Positions 27,104-35,991 of a stretch of DNA of 64,000 bases are shown piece by piece (the first letter of the stretch is position 1; each line of letters opens with the position of its first letter). Both the position numbers and the translations under genes were made by a program. The DNA comes from an uncultured Muribaculaceae bacterium (lineage in GTDB: Bacteria > Pseudomonadota > Alphaproteobacteria > Rs-D84): assembly GCA_964371145.1 (NCBI GenBank), contig CAYJKO010000002.1, forward strand, positions 14,330-78,329, written 5' to 3'. A model generated the notes under the pieces. That model did not search any database. It was not told where the DNA came from and saw nothing but the letters and a program-made list of their open reading frames with translations.

Positions 27104-27907
27104 ATGCATAAATTATTATTAGGAATTTTATGGTTGTCGTCTACATCTTTAATCGGCAGCGCATTATTAAATTATAAATATTCATTTAATGTATTCGAAA
27201 TCGATCATTGGGTTTATTTGGGTCAAATACAGGCTCAAAATGCAAACGACATTTCAAATGGTTTTTATATAACGCTAATTTCCATCACGATTATTATTTT
27301 GTTTGGCTTATATATAATATTACACCACAAACATAAATTACAATCCGCGCCTAAACAAATTATTTTGCCATTACCGCAAACTTATTCAAAAGAAACCGAA
27401 CAAACAAACAATATAATTCAAATGGAACGCCCACCCAGATTAAACACATCGCCCGGCATGATCCATCAAAGAACCCAACCAATTATGAATGTGTCACCAA
27501 AAAACATAGCTGGCGAAATGACAGATATTTTTAAATCTAATAATTATACGGTTAAAACGTCTCCTAAAATTGGGCAATCCCGCCCTGATTTATTTGCAAT
27601 CGGGTCTAATGAAACTTTATGGATAGGTTTAAATAACGCAACCAATGACACAATGGCCGCAATGAAAAATGTTTTAAATGAAATATTTACAGAAGTTTTA
27701 GAAGATATAGAAATCGACATAAAATTATTTAACGTTAATTCAAACGTGTCTAACCCAGACAATGATTTTTTATATTTTTCTAACATAGATAATTTAAAAA
27801 ATTATTTAACACCAAACAAAAGTGTTGATTCGGACATAGAAAAAGATTTTGAAACATTAATAGATCATTTGATTAAATATTTAAATAATACGAACACCGG
27901 GGCATAA
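27104..27907 (+). CDS. membrane-anchored hypothetical protein; possible N-terminal component of a toxin locus
   Basis: Start at MHKLLLGILWLSSTSL.. (AAGGAA RBS). N-terminal hydrophobic segment plus a second TM (GFYITLISITIIILFGLYIIL). The C-terminal about 150 aa contain a RPDLFAIGSNETLWIG segment reminiscent of PD-(D/E)xK nuclease-fold cores (D..E, Lys not obvious). Its stop lies 1 nt before the next ATG. Confidence 0.45.
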   Translation: MHKLLLGILWLSSTSLIGSALLNYKYSFNVFEIDHWVYLGQIQAQNANDISNGFYITLISITIIILFGLYIILHHKHKLQSAPKQIILPLPQTYSKETEQTNNIIQMERPPRLNTSPGMIHQRTQPIMNVSPKNIAGEMTDIFKSNNYTVKTSPKIGQSRPDLFAIGSNETLWIGLNNATNDTMAAMKNVLNEIFTEVLEDIEIDIKLFNVNSNVSNPDNDFLYFSNIDNLKNYLTPNKSVDSDIEKDFETLIDHLIKYLNNTNTGA

Positions 27908-27908
27908 A

Positions 27909-28412
27909 ATGATAAGCAAACATTTGGCGACTAAAAAATTAGACGAATATTTATTGACCGGGTTACCGATTCGCGAATTCAATGTCAAACCATGTTCAGT
28001 TGAAAAAGATTGGTTTGCAAAATACATTCGTGTCCGACAAGAATTCATAGAATCTTTGGCAGACAACATGGAAGATTTAATATTTTTTAATTTCCCCCAA
28101 GATGTTTTTATGGATTTATTAATGGGCTCAAAAATTCCTGAAAACATTTCTATTCGTCTGCGCGTACCTCTTGTTTGGGGCGGAAAATTAGAAATAGACA
28201 ATATGTTTTTATGCAGAACTTTTAATGATTCTCATAATATGGATAAATTTATTATTTCACAAAGCGCTTTTCAAACGGTATGGTTACCGGACCCTGCAAA
28301 AAAAGTTTATATGTCCACAAATATAGGTGGCGCAGGAGATGGCGGAAATTCCGCCGAAGACAGAATGACTCAAATCGCGATGCAACAAGCCGCTTCAAAG
28401 GGAAGGATTTAA
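27909..28412 (+). CDS. candidate HNH/EndoVII-fold toxin domain protein (variant core)
   Basis: 167 aa. The segment RLRVPLVWGGKLEIDNMFLCRTFNDSHNMDK aligns position-by-position with the HNH core pattern ([28 protein letters not shown]: GG, acidic residue, N-L, LC, N). The canonical first His position is Arg/Val here. Translationally coupled to the ORFs on both sides. Confidence 0.4.
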   Translation: MISKHLATKKLDEYLLTGLPIREFNVKPCSVEKDWFAKYIRVRQEFIESLADNMEDLIFFNFPQDVFMDLLMGSKIPENISIRLRVPLVWGGKLEIDNMFLCRTFNDSHNMDKFIISQSAFQTVWLPDPAKKVYMSTNIGGAGDGGNSAEDRMTQIAMQQAASKGRI

Positions 28413-28415
28413 AAA

Positions 28416-28853
28416 ATGAACGGGAAAGAATTTTCAGACTTTATCAAATCAAACAATGTAAAAATAATACCGCCTTTTGAAGATCGCGAATTAATTTTAA
28501 CAAACGCCGGTCTGCAAAAAATGAGAGCCGCGATATTACCGAATGATTTAATTGAATTGTATAAAAAAGTCGGTGGTTTTAATTTAAACGGTGCATACGT
28601 TTTTGGACCGAAAGAATTTTTACGACAAAATACATCCGCCGTACCGTCTATTATGGAAATCAACAAACAATTGACCGATTTTCAATGTATGCGAGGAAAA
28701 ACCGTATTCGCCAGAAATGATTTATTTTGGTTTGCATTTGATGTGAACGGTGAATTTTTTATGTTAGATAATTTAACATTAAAACCATTAAAAAAATACG
28801 ATAATTTATTTAATGCAATATGCGACTGTTTAACCGTGGGAAGATTAAAATGA
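28416..28853 (+). CDS. SUKH-1 (SMI1/KNR4-like) immunity-protein candidate
   Basis: 145 aa. Carries FED..L...AILPNDLIELYKKVGGFNLNG (the LP.dY..fl...nGg signature) and the C-terminal FWFAFDVNGEFFMLD (f.iA.D..G..f.lD), as in SUKH-1 immunity proteins. Sits directly after the nuclease-like ORF. Confidence 0.5.
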   Translation: MNGKEFSDFIKSNNVKIIPPFEDRELILTNAGLQKMRAAILPNDLIELYKKVGGFNLNGAYVFGPKEFLRQNTSAVPSIMEINKQLTDFQCMRGKTVFARNDLFWFAFDVNGEFFMLDNLTLKPLKKYDNLFNAICDCLTVGRLK

Positions 28854-29062
28854 AAAAATTATCCGTAGTATTAAATGGACACCAAACAAGCATTTCATTA
28901 GAAGAAATTTTTATTGAAACATTAAAAAATATCGCAAAAAAAGAAAACACATCTATTGCGTCCATTATAAACAAAATAGATTCCGCACGCACGGGCAATT
29001 CTAATTTATCATCTGAAATCCGCATATGGATTATGAATTATTTATTACACAACAAAAATTGA
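28850..29062 (+). CDS. ribbon-helix-helix domain protein (COG4321-like)
   Basis: Start at MKKLSVVLNGHQTSISLEEIFIETLKNIAKKENTSIASIINKID.. (70 aa). Matches the alphaproteobacterial small RHH family pattern (S..L.GH.TS..LE..F...L...A...g.S...li..iD). Overlaps the previous stop by 4 nt (ATGA). Confidence 0.5.
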   Translation: MKKLSVVLNGHQTSISLEEIFIETLKNIAKKENTSIASIINKIDSARTGNSNLSSEIRIWIMNYLLHNKN

Positions 29063-29077
29063 TGTATCCGGCAAAAT

Positions 29078-31030
29078 TCAAGACTTATAAGATTTTCGCA
29101 CACAATAAAATACATATATCAATATTGATGAAAATGCAAATATAATTAACATCATTAAATCACGTCCAATTGAACGATATATTGTATTGTGCCCCTGACC
29201 TATTTCACCATCTAAAACGCCAATTGCTCCAATTGGCAATTGCGCCATTATTTCACCATTTGATGACACAAATGCGCTGATGCCGGAAAAATTAGCACGC
29301 ACAATCGGTAATCCTGATTCTATTGCATATCTGCGCACCATATCCAAATGTTGAAAACTTCCCTGGGTTTTACCAAACCAAATATCATTTGTAATGTTTA
29401 TTATAACTTGCGGTGTTTTGTTTGAATTTTTCGGGATTAACGAATCGGTAAAAACAATTTCATAACATATAGCGGGTGCAAAGTTGAATGATATATCATC
29501 ATCTAACTTTAATTCTATTATCTCTGGGCCAACTCCGCTGGATAATTGACCAGGTGTTGGAATTATATCGCCAAAGGGTCTGTATTCGCCGAATGGAACC
29601 AAATGTGATTTATTATATATTTTTTCTATATGCCCGTTTTTATCCGCAACAATCATAGAATTATATAAATGTCCATTTTTGTAACTGGTTGCACCCGTTA
29701 TTATTGTTGTATTTAATATTTTTGCCATGGGCAAATAATCATCTGTTACAACATATGGATATGTTGTTTCTGGAAAAACAATTAAATCAAATTTTTTATC
29801 ATCCGAATTTGACATAGATATTAATTTTTGAACATTACGTTCGCTTGATTGTCTTAAATGTTGCGGCAAATGACTTTCTTTGTCTTCGGCAGAAAAAGAC
29901 GGTTGCACTATTCTGACAGATATTTTTTCTTCGGGTGATGCGGTGTTTGATTTTTCAATATTTGCGTGCCCCACAAAAACGCCTATGACAATTAAAGATA
30001 AAAATATCACAAATGTTATTTTATTTTGTCTGTTACGTTTCATAATTAAATCTACCACACTTGCAATTAAACCAATTAAAACAAAAGACAAACCCAATGC
30101 GCCCCACATCGACATAGAATTAGATAACAATGGGCACGGCAAAGAAATATTTGCAAATGGATTCCATGGGAAACCTGTCAACAACCATTCGCGTAACCAT
30201 AAAACAAATGTCCAAAAAAATGCGAATAAAATTGATGAACCCGGTAAAAAACGCCGTGCACGCGCCATCAATACAAATGGAGTTGAAAAAATTATACCCC
30301 CGAAAAAAGCAATACCAATTAATGATGGAATTGTCCATATTGCAAATTGAGCCGCCAATTCGGGAATTACATATATTGAATTCAACATCCACCAAAACAT
30401 AGACAAAGCATATATGGATGCAAATGGCATAATTTTTACGAATGATTTATAAACAGAATTTTTATCATCATCTTTAACGGTTAAATAATACGCCCCACCT
30501 ATTCCAATTAAAGATAAAAACCACATATTATATGGCGCAAATCCAAGAGATGCAAATCCACCGCATACGGCTAAAATTAAGATACGCATCCAATCTTTGT
30601 TTTTTTCTTTATATGGATTTTTTATGTTTAATTTCTTTAATATTTTAATCTCTGCTGTCTCCATTTTGTTTGCATCTTTATCGTCCAAATGGTCAAAGCC
30701 CAATAAATGCAAAGCGCCATGTACAATTAAATGAATGGTGTGATTTTCTATCGTTTTATTTTGTTCTGCGGCTTCACGAATAACCGTATCAATTGATATA
30801 TATACATCACCCAACAATTCATCATCGCCCATTTCAAAAGACAAAACATTTGTCGGTTTATCAAATCCCCGATATTTTTTATTTAATTTTCGAATCTCGG
30901 CATCATTTGTAAAAACTATTGATAGTTCAGCATTTTTATTATGCGCGATATCTATTTTTGATATAATTTTATCTGTATCAATATTATATTCATTCCATCT
31001 TTTATCGGTAATATCTATATACGCTTTCAT
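29078..31030 (-). CDS. ybeY-lnt: fusion protein: rRNA maturation RNase YbeY (N-terminal) and apolipoprotein N-acyltransferase Lnt (C-terminal)
   Basis: 650-aa continuous ORF. Residues about 1-140 are YbeY (ELSIVFTNDAEIRKLNKKYRGFDKPTNVLSF.. HTIHLIVHGALHLLGFDHLDD, the H3xH5xH zinc motif). The rest is Lnt: multi-TM N-domain, then a CN-hydrolase domain (..LIVFPETTYP.., ..NKSHLVPFGEYRP.., ..CYEIVF..). Confidence 0.75.
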   Translation of the reverse strand: MKAYIDITDKRWNEYNIDTDKIISKIDIAHNKNAELSIVFTNDAEIRKLNKKYRGFDKPTNVLSFEMGDDELLGDVYISIDTVIREAAEQNKTIENHTIHLIVHGALHLLGFDHLDDKDANKMETAEIKILKKLNIKNPYKEKNKDWMRILILAVCGGFASLGFAPYNMWFLSLIGIGGAYYLTVKDDDKNSVYKSFVKIMPFASIYALSMFWWMLNSIYVIPELAAQFAIWTIPSLIGIAFFGGIIFSTPFVLMARARRFLPGSSILFAFFWTFVLWLREWLLTGFPWNPFANISLPCPLLSNSMSMWGALGLSFVLIGLIASVVDLIMKRNRQNKITFVIFLSLIVIGVFVGHANIEKSNTASPEEKISVRIVQPSFSAEDKESHLPQHLRQSSERNVQKLISMSNSDDKKFDLIVFPETTYPYVVTDDYLPMAKILNTTIITGATSYKNGHLYNSMIVADKNGHIEKIYNKSHLVPFGEYRPFGDIIPTPGQLSSGVGPEIIELKLDDDISFNFAPAICYEIVFTDSLIPKNSNKTPQVIINITNDIWFGKTQGSFQHLDMVRRYAIESGLPIVRANFSGISAFVSSNGEIMAQLPIGAIGVLDGEIGQGHNTIYRSIGRDLMMLIIFAFSSILIYVFYCVRKSYKS

Positions 31031-31031
31031 A

Positions 31032-32636
31032 TTATTTTTCTTTTAATTTTTGTTTTAAATTGTCTAATTTTTTATCAAAACTTTTTTTATTCTTTTTTGA
31101 AATTTTAAAGTTTTGTTTGGCTGCATTTAATTCTTTTTCGGCCGCAACATATTCTTCTTTATCCATTAAATATTTCGCTTTTTTTAAACGCAGTTCTGCG
31201 GCGGAAAAATACAATTCTGCTTTTTCTTCATCTTCGAATTCTGCGCCAGACAAATTAAATAAAGCGCGTCTTATTTCTATCATTGCTGAATCCAATTTAT
31301 TTTCTTTGACTGCGCCAAAGAAATTTGTAGCATTATCGATTTTATTATCAATCAAATCTAAAACGGAATCTTTTTTTATTTTGTTAATTTGAGATTTTGA
31401 AACATAAAAGTCTGATGGCACTGATTGATTTTCCAAACACGATATCATATATTCCCACCCCGGAATAGTTTTTTGATTTAATCTTTCACGCAAAGTCATA
31501 TCTGATTTATGTTGACGTCCCGACATCATCTTTTCGATAAATTCTTTACTGAAATCAAATTCATCATTTTTTATAACCTCGCGATAATTTATTGCAAAAA
31601 AACCATCTATATATGCATCTAAAAATTGTTTTGAATTAATTTGTCCTGTTGCCAATGCGGCGCATACCCAACGTTTATTAATTGTACCAGGATATTTGCT
31701 TTTGGCACCTGCCCCATACATAAAGGAATTTGCTTTTTGTTCATCAGACTTATTTCCGTTAAATCCATTTTTGCAAATAGATTTTAAATGACCCGGCAAT
31801 TGATATCCCGCTATGCATAAAGCCAGATAATCATTAATTGAAATGGGATCGGACAAATTATTTTTTAACAATCTGAACAAACTGGCCTTATCTGTTTGCC
31901 CCATTGACGTATATGTCGTAGATGTACAATAATCAAATCCCAATTTTTTACCAATGGTATCATTTACATTTATATTCGGTAAAGATTGGCCGGGACGTCC
32001 ATTTTTTCTAGAAATTTGTCTTTCGAAATTTATTTCATTATTTTTATCCACAGGCCAAAAATATGTAACACCCGGACCATATGTATAAACATTTTCTGCC
32101 CGATTTACTTTTGGTGTTTTATAATATGTTTCGGCGTACAAAATCGCAGGATACAAAACATCAAACAAAGCGGCACATTGCCCCAGAAAATCTTCTGAAT
32201 TTGGATCCAATATTTTTTCATTAAAATCTATATTTCCTTTTTCTGTTTTCTTTACCTCGGTTTTAATCTGCGAAGCCATATCCTTGGCAGAATCCGCCGT
32301 ATAGAAGCCTGCGAACATTAATAACGGAATAGAATAATACAAAATATGAGCAGATAAATTCGGATGTTTTTTGGCAAAATATTTTAATCCAACGGATTTG
32401 TCCATATCGGGGTTTGTTTTTGAAAATACATCCTCTAATTTTCTTAAAATTTTATTATCAACCGCCAATAAACGGGTCGCCCAAAACATAAATTGAGTTA
32501 TTCCTGCGACACCCATTGCCGATTTTTTTATAACTTCTCCGCCAATATTTTTAGCCTTTAACTTACCGACATTTTTTCTGAAATTTCTTGCCAAGTTTTC
32601 CGGTTTTTTTACATTTTTTGTAAATTTATCTGACAT
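31032..32636 (-). CDS. hypothetical protein with C-terminal coiled-coil
   Basis: 534 aa with no recognisable catalytic motifs. A short N-terminal hydrophobic segment. C-terminal charged coiled-coil/TPR-like stretch (..EEKAELYFSAAELRLKKAKYLMDKEEYVAAEKELNAAKQNFK..). Its stop lies 1 nt from the ybeY-lnt start. Confidence 0.45.
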   Translation of the reverse strand: MSDKFTKNVKKPENLARNFRKNVGKLKAKNIGGEVIKKSAMGVAGITQFMFWATRLLAVDNKILRKLEDVFSKTNPDMDKSVGLKYFAKKHPNLSAHILYYSIPLLMFAGFYTADSAKDMASQIKTEVKKTEKGNIDFNEKILDPNSEDFLGQCAALFDVLYPAILYAETYYKTPKVNRAENVYTYGPGVTYFWPVDKNNEINFERQISRKNGRPGQSLPNINVNDTIGKKLGFDYCTSTTYTSMGQTDKASLFRLLKNNLSDPISINDYLALCIAGYQLPGHLKSICKNGFNGNKSDEQKANSFMYGAGAKSKYPGTINKRWVCAALATGQINSKQFLDAYIDGFFAINYREVIKNDEFDFSKEFIEKMMSGRQHKSDMTLRERLNQKTIPGWEYMISCLENQSVPSDFYVSKSQINKIKKDSVLDLIDNKIDNATNFFGAVKENKLDSAMIEIRRALFNLSGAEFEDEEKAELYFSAAELRLKKAKYLMDKEEYVAAEKELNAAKQNFKISKKNKKSFDKKLDNLKQKLKEK

Positions 32637-32718
32637 ATTTTTTCGCTTTGTTTTTTCTATTATTATATTATGATGTAATTATATCATAAATATAACAAAA
32701 GTAAAATACGAACAAAAT

Positions 32719-33981
32719 ATGACCAGACCATTAGCAGATCTTATGAGACCCACAACTATTGACCAAGTATTGGGACAACATTTAATATTGGGTGAAACCG
32801 GCATAATCAGTCGCATGGTTGAAAATGACAATCTTTCTAATTTGGTTTTATGGGGGCCGCCGGGATGCGGGAAAACGACCATCGCGCGCGCATTGGCGAA
32901 TTCTGTGGATATGGATTTTGTTCCGATGTCTGCCGTATTTTCCGGCACAGCCGACATTAAAAAAGCTATGGAGGCGGCAAAATTAAATAAAAATTTGGGT
33001 CGTAATACTTTATTATTTATTGACGAAATTCATCGTTTTAATAAAACCCAACAAGATACCCTGCTTCCTTATTTAGAAGACGGAACGGTTGTATTTGTTG
33101 GCGCAACTACCGAAAACCCCAGCTTTAATTTAAATAACGCATTGTTATCCAGATGTCATGTTTGCGTGTTACAACCTCTGTCTGCGGCAGATTTAATGGA
33201 ATTGATTGATCGCGCAGAAAAATACATTGGAAAAACACTGCCATTAAATCCGGATTCAAAAATTCATTTGGCGAATATGGCAAATGGGGATGCGCGGTTT
33301 TTATTAAATACAATTGAATATTTATCGGGTGCTGGATTTAAAAAAAATTTATCCCCCGATGATTTAGATAACGCAATACAAAAACGCAGTCCACTGTCCG
33401 ATAAAGATGGGGACGAACATTATAATTTGATTTCAGCTGTACACAAATCATTACGTTCCAGTGATACAGATGCTGCATTATATTGGGTTGCACGTATGAT
33501 GATATCGGGACAAGATCCGATGTATATATTTCGACGTCTAACCCGATTTGCAATCGAAGACATTGGTCTGGCCGATCCGAATGCTGCGACCGTTGCAATA
33601 AACGCATGGCAAATATACGAAAGATTGGGCAGCCCAGAGGGGGATTTGGCACTGACTCAATTGGTTATTTATCTGGGAACGGCACCCAAAAGCATTGGAA
33701 ATTATCGCGCGAAAAATTCCGCCTATGCGGCGGCGCGCGCGACAGATAACCTGATGCCACCAAAAAACATTTTGAACGCCCCAACAAAAATGATGCGAGA
33801 TATGGGATATAACGAAGGTTACATTTATGACCCCGATACTGCGGACGGATTTTCCGGACAAAATTGTTTTCCAACCGAAATGGGACGTCAAAAATATTAT
33901 GAACCTGTTATGCGCGGATTTGAACGAGAAATAAAAAAACGTCTGGATTATTGGGACGAATTGCGTAAAAAGAAATCATAA
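32719..33981 (+). CDS. rarA: replication-associated recombination protein A (AAA+ ATPase RarA/MgsA)
   Basis: 420 aa. Walker A (GPPGCGKTT), Walker B (LLFIDEIHRFNK), MgsA C-terminal helical domain. Confidence 0.85.
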   Translation: MTRPLADLMRPTTIDQVLGQHLILGETGIISRMVENDNLSNLVLWGPPGCGKTTIARALANSVDMDFVPMSAVFSGTADIKKAMEAAKLNKNLGRNTLLFIDEIHRFNKTQQDTLLPYLEDGTVVFVGATTENPSFNLNNALLSRCHVCVLQPLSAADLMELIDRAEKYIGKTLPLNPDSKIHLANMANGDARFLLNTIEYLSGAGFKKNLSPDDLDNAIQKRSPLSDKDGDEHYNLISAVHKSLRSSDTDAALYWVARMMISGQDPMYIFRRLTRFAIEDIGLADPNAATVAINAWQIYERLGSPEGDLALTQLVIYLGTAPKSIGNYRAKNSAYAAARATDNLMPPKNILNAPTKMMRDMGYNEGYIYDPDTADGFSGQNCFPTEMGRQKYYEPVMRGFEREIKKRLDYWDELRKKKS

Positions 33982-33982
33982 A

Positions 33983-34010
33983 AAAATCCCCAACTGGGGA
34001 TTTTTTTTAT
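33983..34010. terminator. bidirectional terminator between convergent rarA (+) and OMP gene (-)
   Basis: AATCCCCaactGGGGATT hairpin followed by an 8-T run. An A-run precedes it on the other strand. Confidence 0.75.
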
Positions 34011-34751
34011 TTAAAACAATACATTAATTTTTCCGCCGATGAAATTTTCATCTTTTTCAAAATTATAATCAATGTATCCAAAATATTGTGTTCTTCCGAA
34101 ACGTGCACCCAATTTTGCGAATACAGATTGTTCGTCGAACAATGAACTGGTTGATTTACGGATATTAAATCCAAATCCACCCGTCCACGTATTTGTTATT
34201 CTGAAATATGCCTCTGGTGTGATATCAATAAAAGACATTCCGTTAATTTCATCAAACAACCAACTGGATTTACCGGTAATCGCCAAAGTCATATAAGACC
34301 AATTATATCCCCCGCGAACCCCAACCGTGTAAATTGTACCATCAAATGCCGGGCTAAACATATTTTCAGCAGACAAGAAATCCATACCAAATAAAATGTC
34401 ATATGTCATTTTATCGCCCGCATCAGACATTCTGTATGTTCCGTTTAATGAAAAACTGGAAAAACCATCATCATACCCATTGAAATCTTCTTCGTATATA
34501 AAACCCAACCCCAATGACAATCGATCAAATACGTTATATGATAAAGATTGTTCCAATTTCAACAAACCTTCATTATTAAAACCTAAATCTGTTTTTGACA
34601 ATAAATCCTTTTTTTTACCAAAGAATAATGGATCGCCCGTATCCAAACCAGAATTTAATAAATCAGCTCGGGGTGTTGCCGCATTTGCCGCACAAACAAA
34701 CATCATTGCAAAAATTGGTGCAATTAAAAATTTCACAAAATTATTTTTCAT
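34011..34751 (-). CDS. outer-membrane beta-barrel protein (small, OmpW/Opa-like)
   Basis: 246 aa. Signal peptide (..FVCAANA), alternating hydrophobic/aromatic beta-strand pattern, C-terminal ..KINVLF. Confidence 0.55.
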   Translation of the reverse strand: MKNNFVKFLIAPIFAMMFVCAANAATPRADLLNSGLDTGDPLFFGKKKDLLSKTDLGFNNEGLLKLEQSLSYNVFDRLSLGLGFIYEEDFNGYDDGFSSFSLNGTYRMSDAGDKMTYDILFGMDFLSAENMFSPAFDGTIYTVGVRGGYNWSYMTLAITGKSSWLFDEINGMSFIDITPEAYFRITNTWTGGFGFNIRKSTSSLFDEQSVFAKLGARFGRTQYFGYIDYNFEKDENFIGGKINVLF

Positions 34752-34770
34752 ATTTTATATTTCCCTTTTA

Positions 34771-35919
34771 TTAAAATGTTAAGACGCCCTGCAACCCAAA
34801 TGACATTTCGGAATTGTTATCAATTGTAGTTGTTCCGATTTGTGTATAAGTATTTAAACCAGCAGATGGTTCATACCAATAAAATTCTAATTCCATATCA
34901 TCTGCTGTGTTATAAAATTGTCCTTTTCCATAAAATGATAATGCAAATCTATCTGTTGGTTGCCATCCGATTGCGGCGCGGAAATTACCTTGTGAACTCC
35001 AATCATAATCACCCAAAACGGCTTCTACATTCAAAGTCCAATCTTGATTCAATTGTGTAAACACACCCAACCCTGCTTCTAAAAACACAGATGTTTGGTC
35101 GCCTCTTTTATATGCGATAAAGAAACCTTTTCCATCTTCTTCGAATCCATTTCCGTAATTATCGCCATCAAAAGTAACGGCCGTTGCGCGCGCCAATCCG
35201 TAAATTGTATGGTTTTCAATTTTGTAACCGGCCTTTGCGTCGAATGTAAAGAAATCACCTAAATCTGTATATCTTTGATAATATCCAGAAACTGTTCCAA
35301 CCCATTCATAATTATCAACAAATTGCCACAAGGCGCCGATGCCGTATGATGCCAATTTTGTATCTGACATGCTGTCGTCTGGTTCTGTTGCCCAATCCAT
35401 AGTATATTCAGCCGCATCTAATTTCGCGCTTAACATCAAAGCAAAATTGTCTGTTATACCATAGCTTAAATCTTCTTTGATATAAAAGGTTGAAGAATCC
35501 CACGTTGCTTCTAAACCATCAAAACCCGGGATTGTTGGCGTATTTAACACCAAATCATAACCAGAATTTACATAAGAAATATCTGTAACAGATCCAAATT
35601 CACCTTTTTTAGGTTGAAAAAATGGGCTTAACAAATAAACTTCGTGGTTATCATTATTTCCATATTTTGGTTTTTCCAAATTTAATCTTGGGCTTTCAGG
35701 TTTTTCATATCTTGTATACAGTTCAGTGTTTTTATTATTTTCACCAGTGTAATATAAATTAGCCTTTGGTCTTTGATAGCTTGTATATTTAACCTTTGAT
35801 ACGGTTACAGTTGTAGAAACGTCACCGCTGCTTTTTGTGTATGTTGTTGTATTTGCAACCGCCGGCATTAAACCAATTGCGGTTAACAAAATAACGGATA
35901 AAGACACTTTATTTTTCAT
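34771..35919 (-). CDS. outer-membrane beta-barrel protein (porin/MOMP-like)
   Basis: 382 aa. Signal peptide (..MPAVANTT), Tyr/Gly/Asp-rich amphipathic strands, C-terminal ..LQGVLTF (terminal Phe). Confidence 0.55.
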   Translation of the reverse strand: MKNKVSLSVILLTAIGLMPAVANTTTYTKSSGDVSTTVTVSKVKYTSYQRPKANLYYTGENNKNTELYTRYEKPESPRLNLEKPKYGNNDNHEVYLLSPFFQPKKGEFGSVTDISYVNSGYDLVLNTPTIPGFDGLEATWDSSTFYIKEDLSYGITDNFALMLSAKLDAAEYTMDWATEPDDSMSDTKLASYGIGALWQFVDNYEWVGTVSGYYQRYTDLGDFFTFDAKAGYKIENHTIYGLARATAVTFDGDNYGNGFEEDGKGFFIAYKRGDQTSVFLEAGLGVFTQLNQDWTLNVEAVLGDYDWSSQGNFRAAIGWQPTDRFALSFYGKGQFYNTADDMELEFYWYEPSAGLNTYTQIGTTTIDNNSEMSFGLQGVLTF

Positions 35920-35991
35920 AGTTTACCTCTTTTTATAAATATTATATCACAAACCTTGACAAAAGTCGCACTTTTTTTTGTTTTGTGATAA

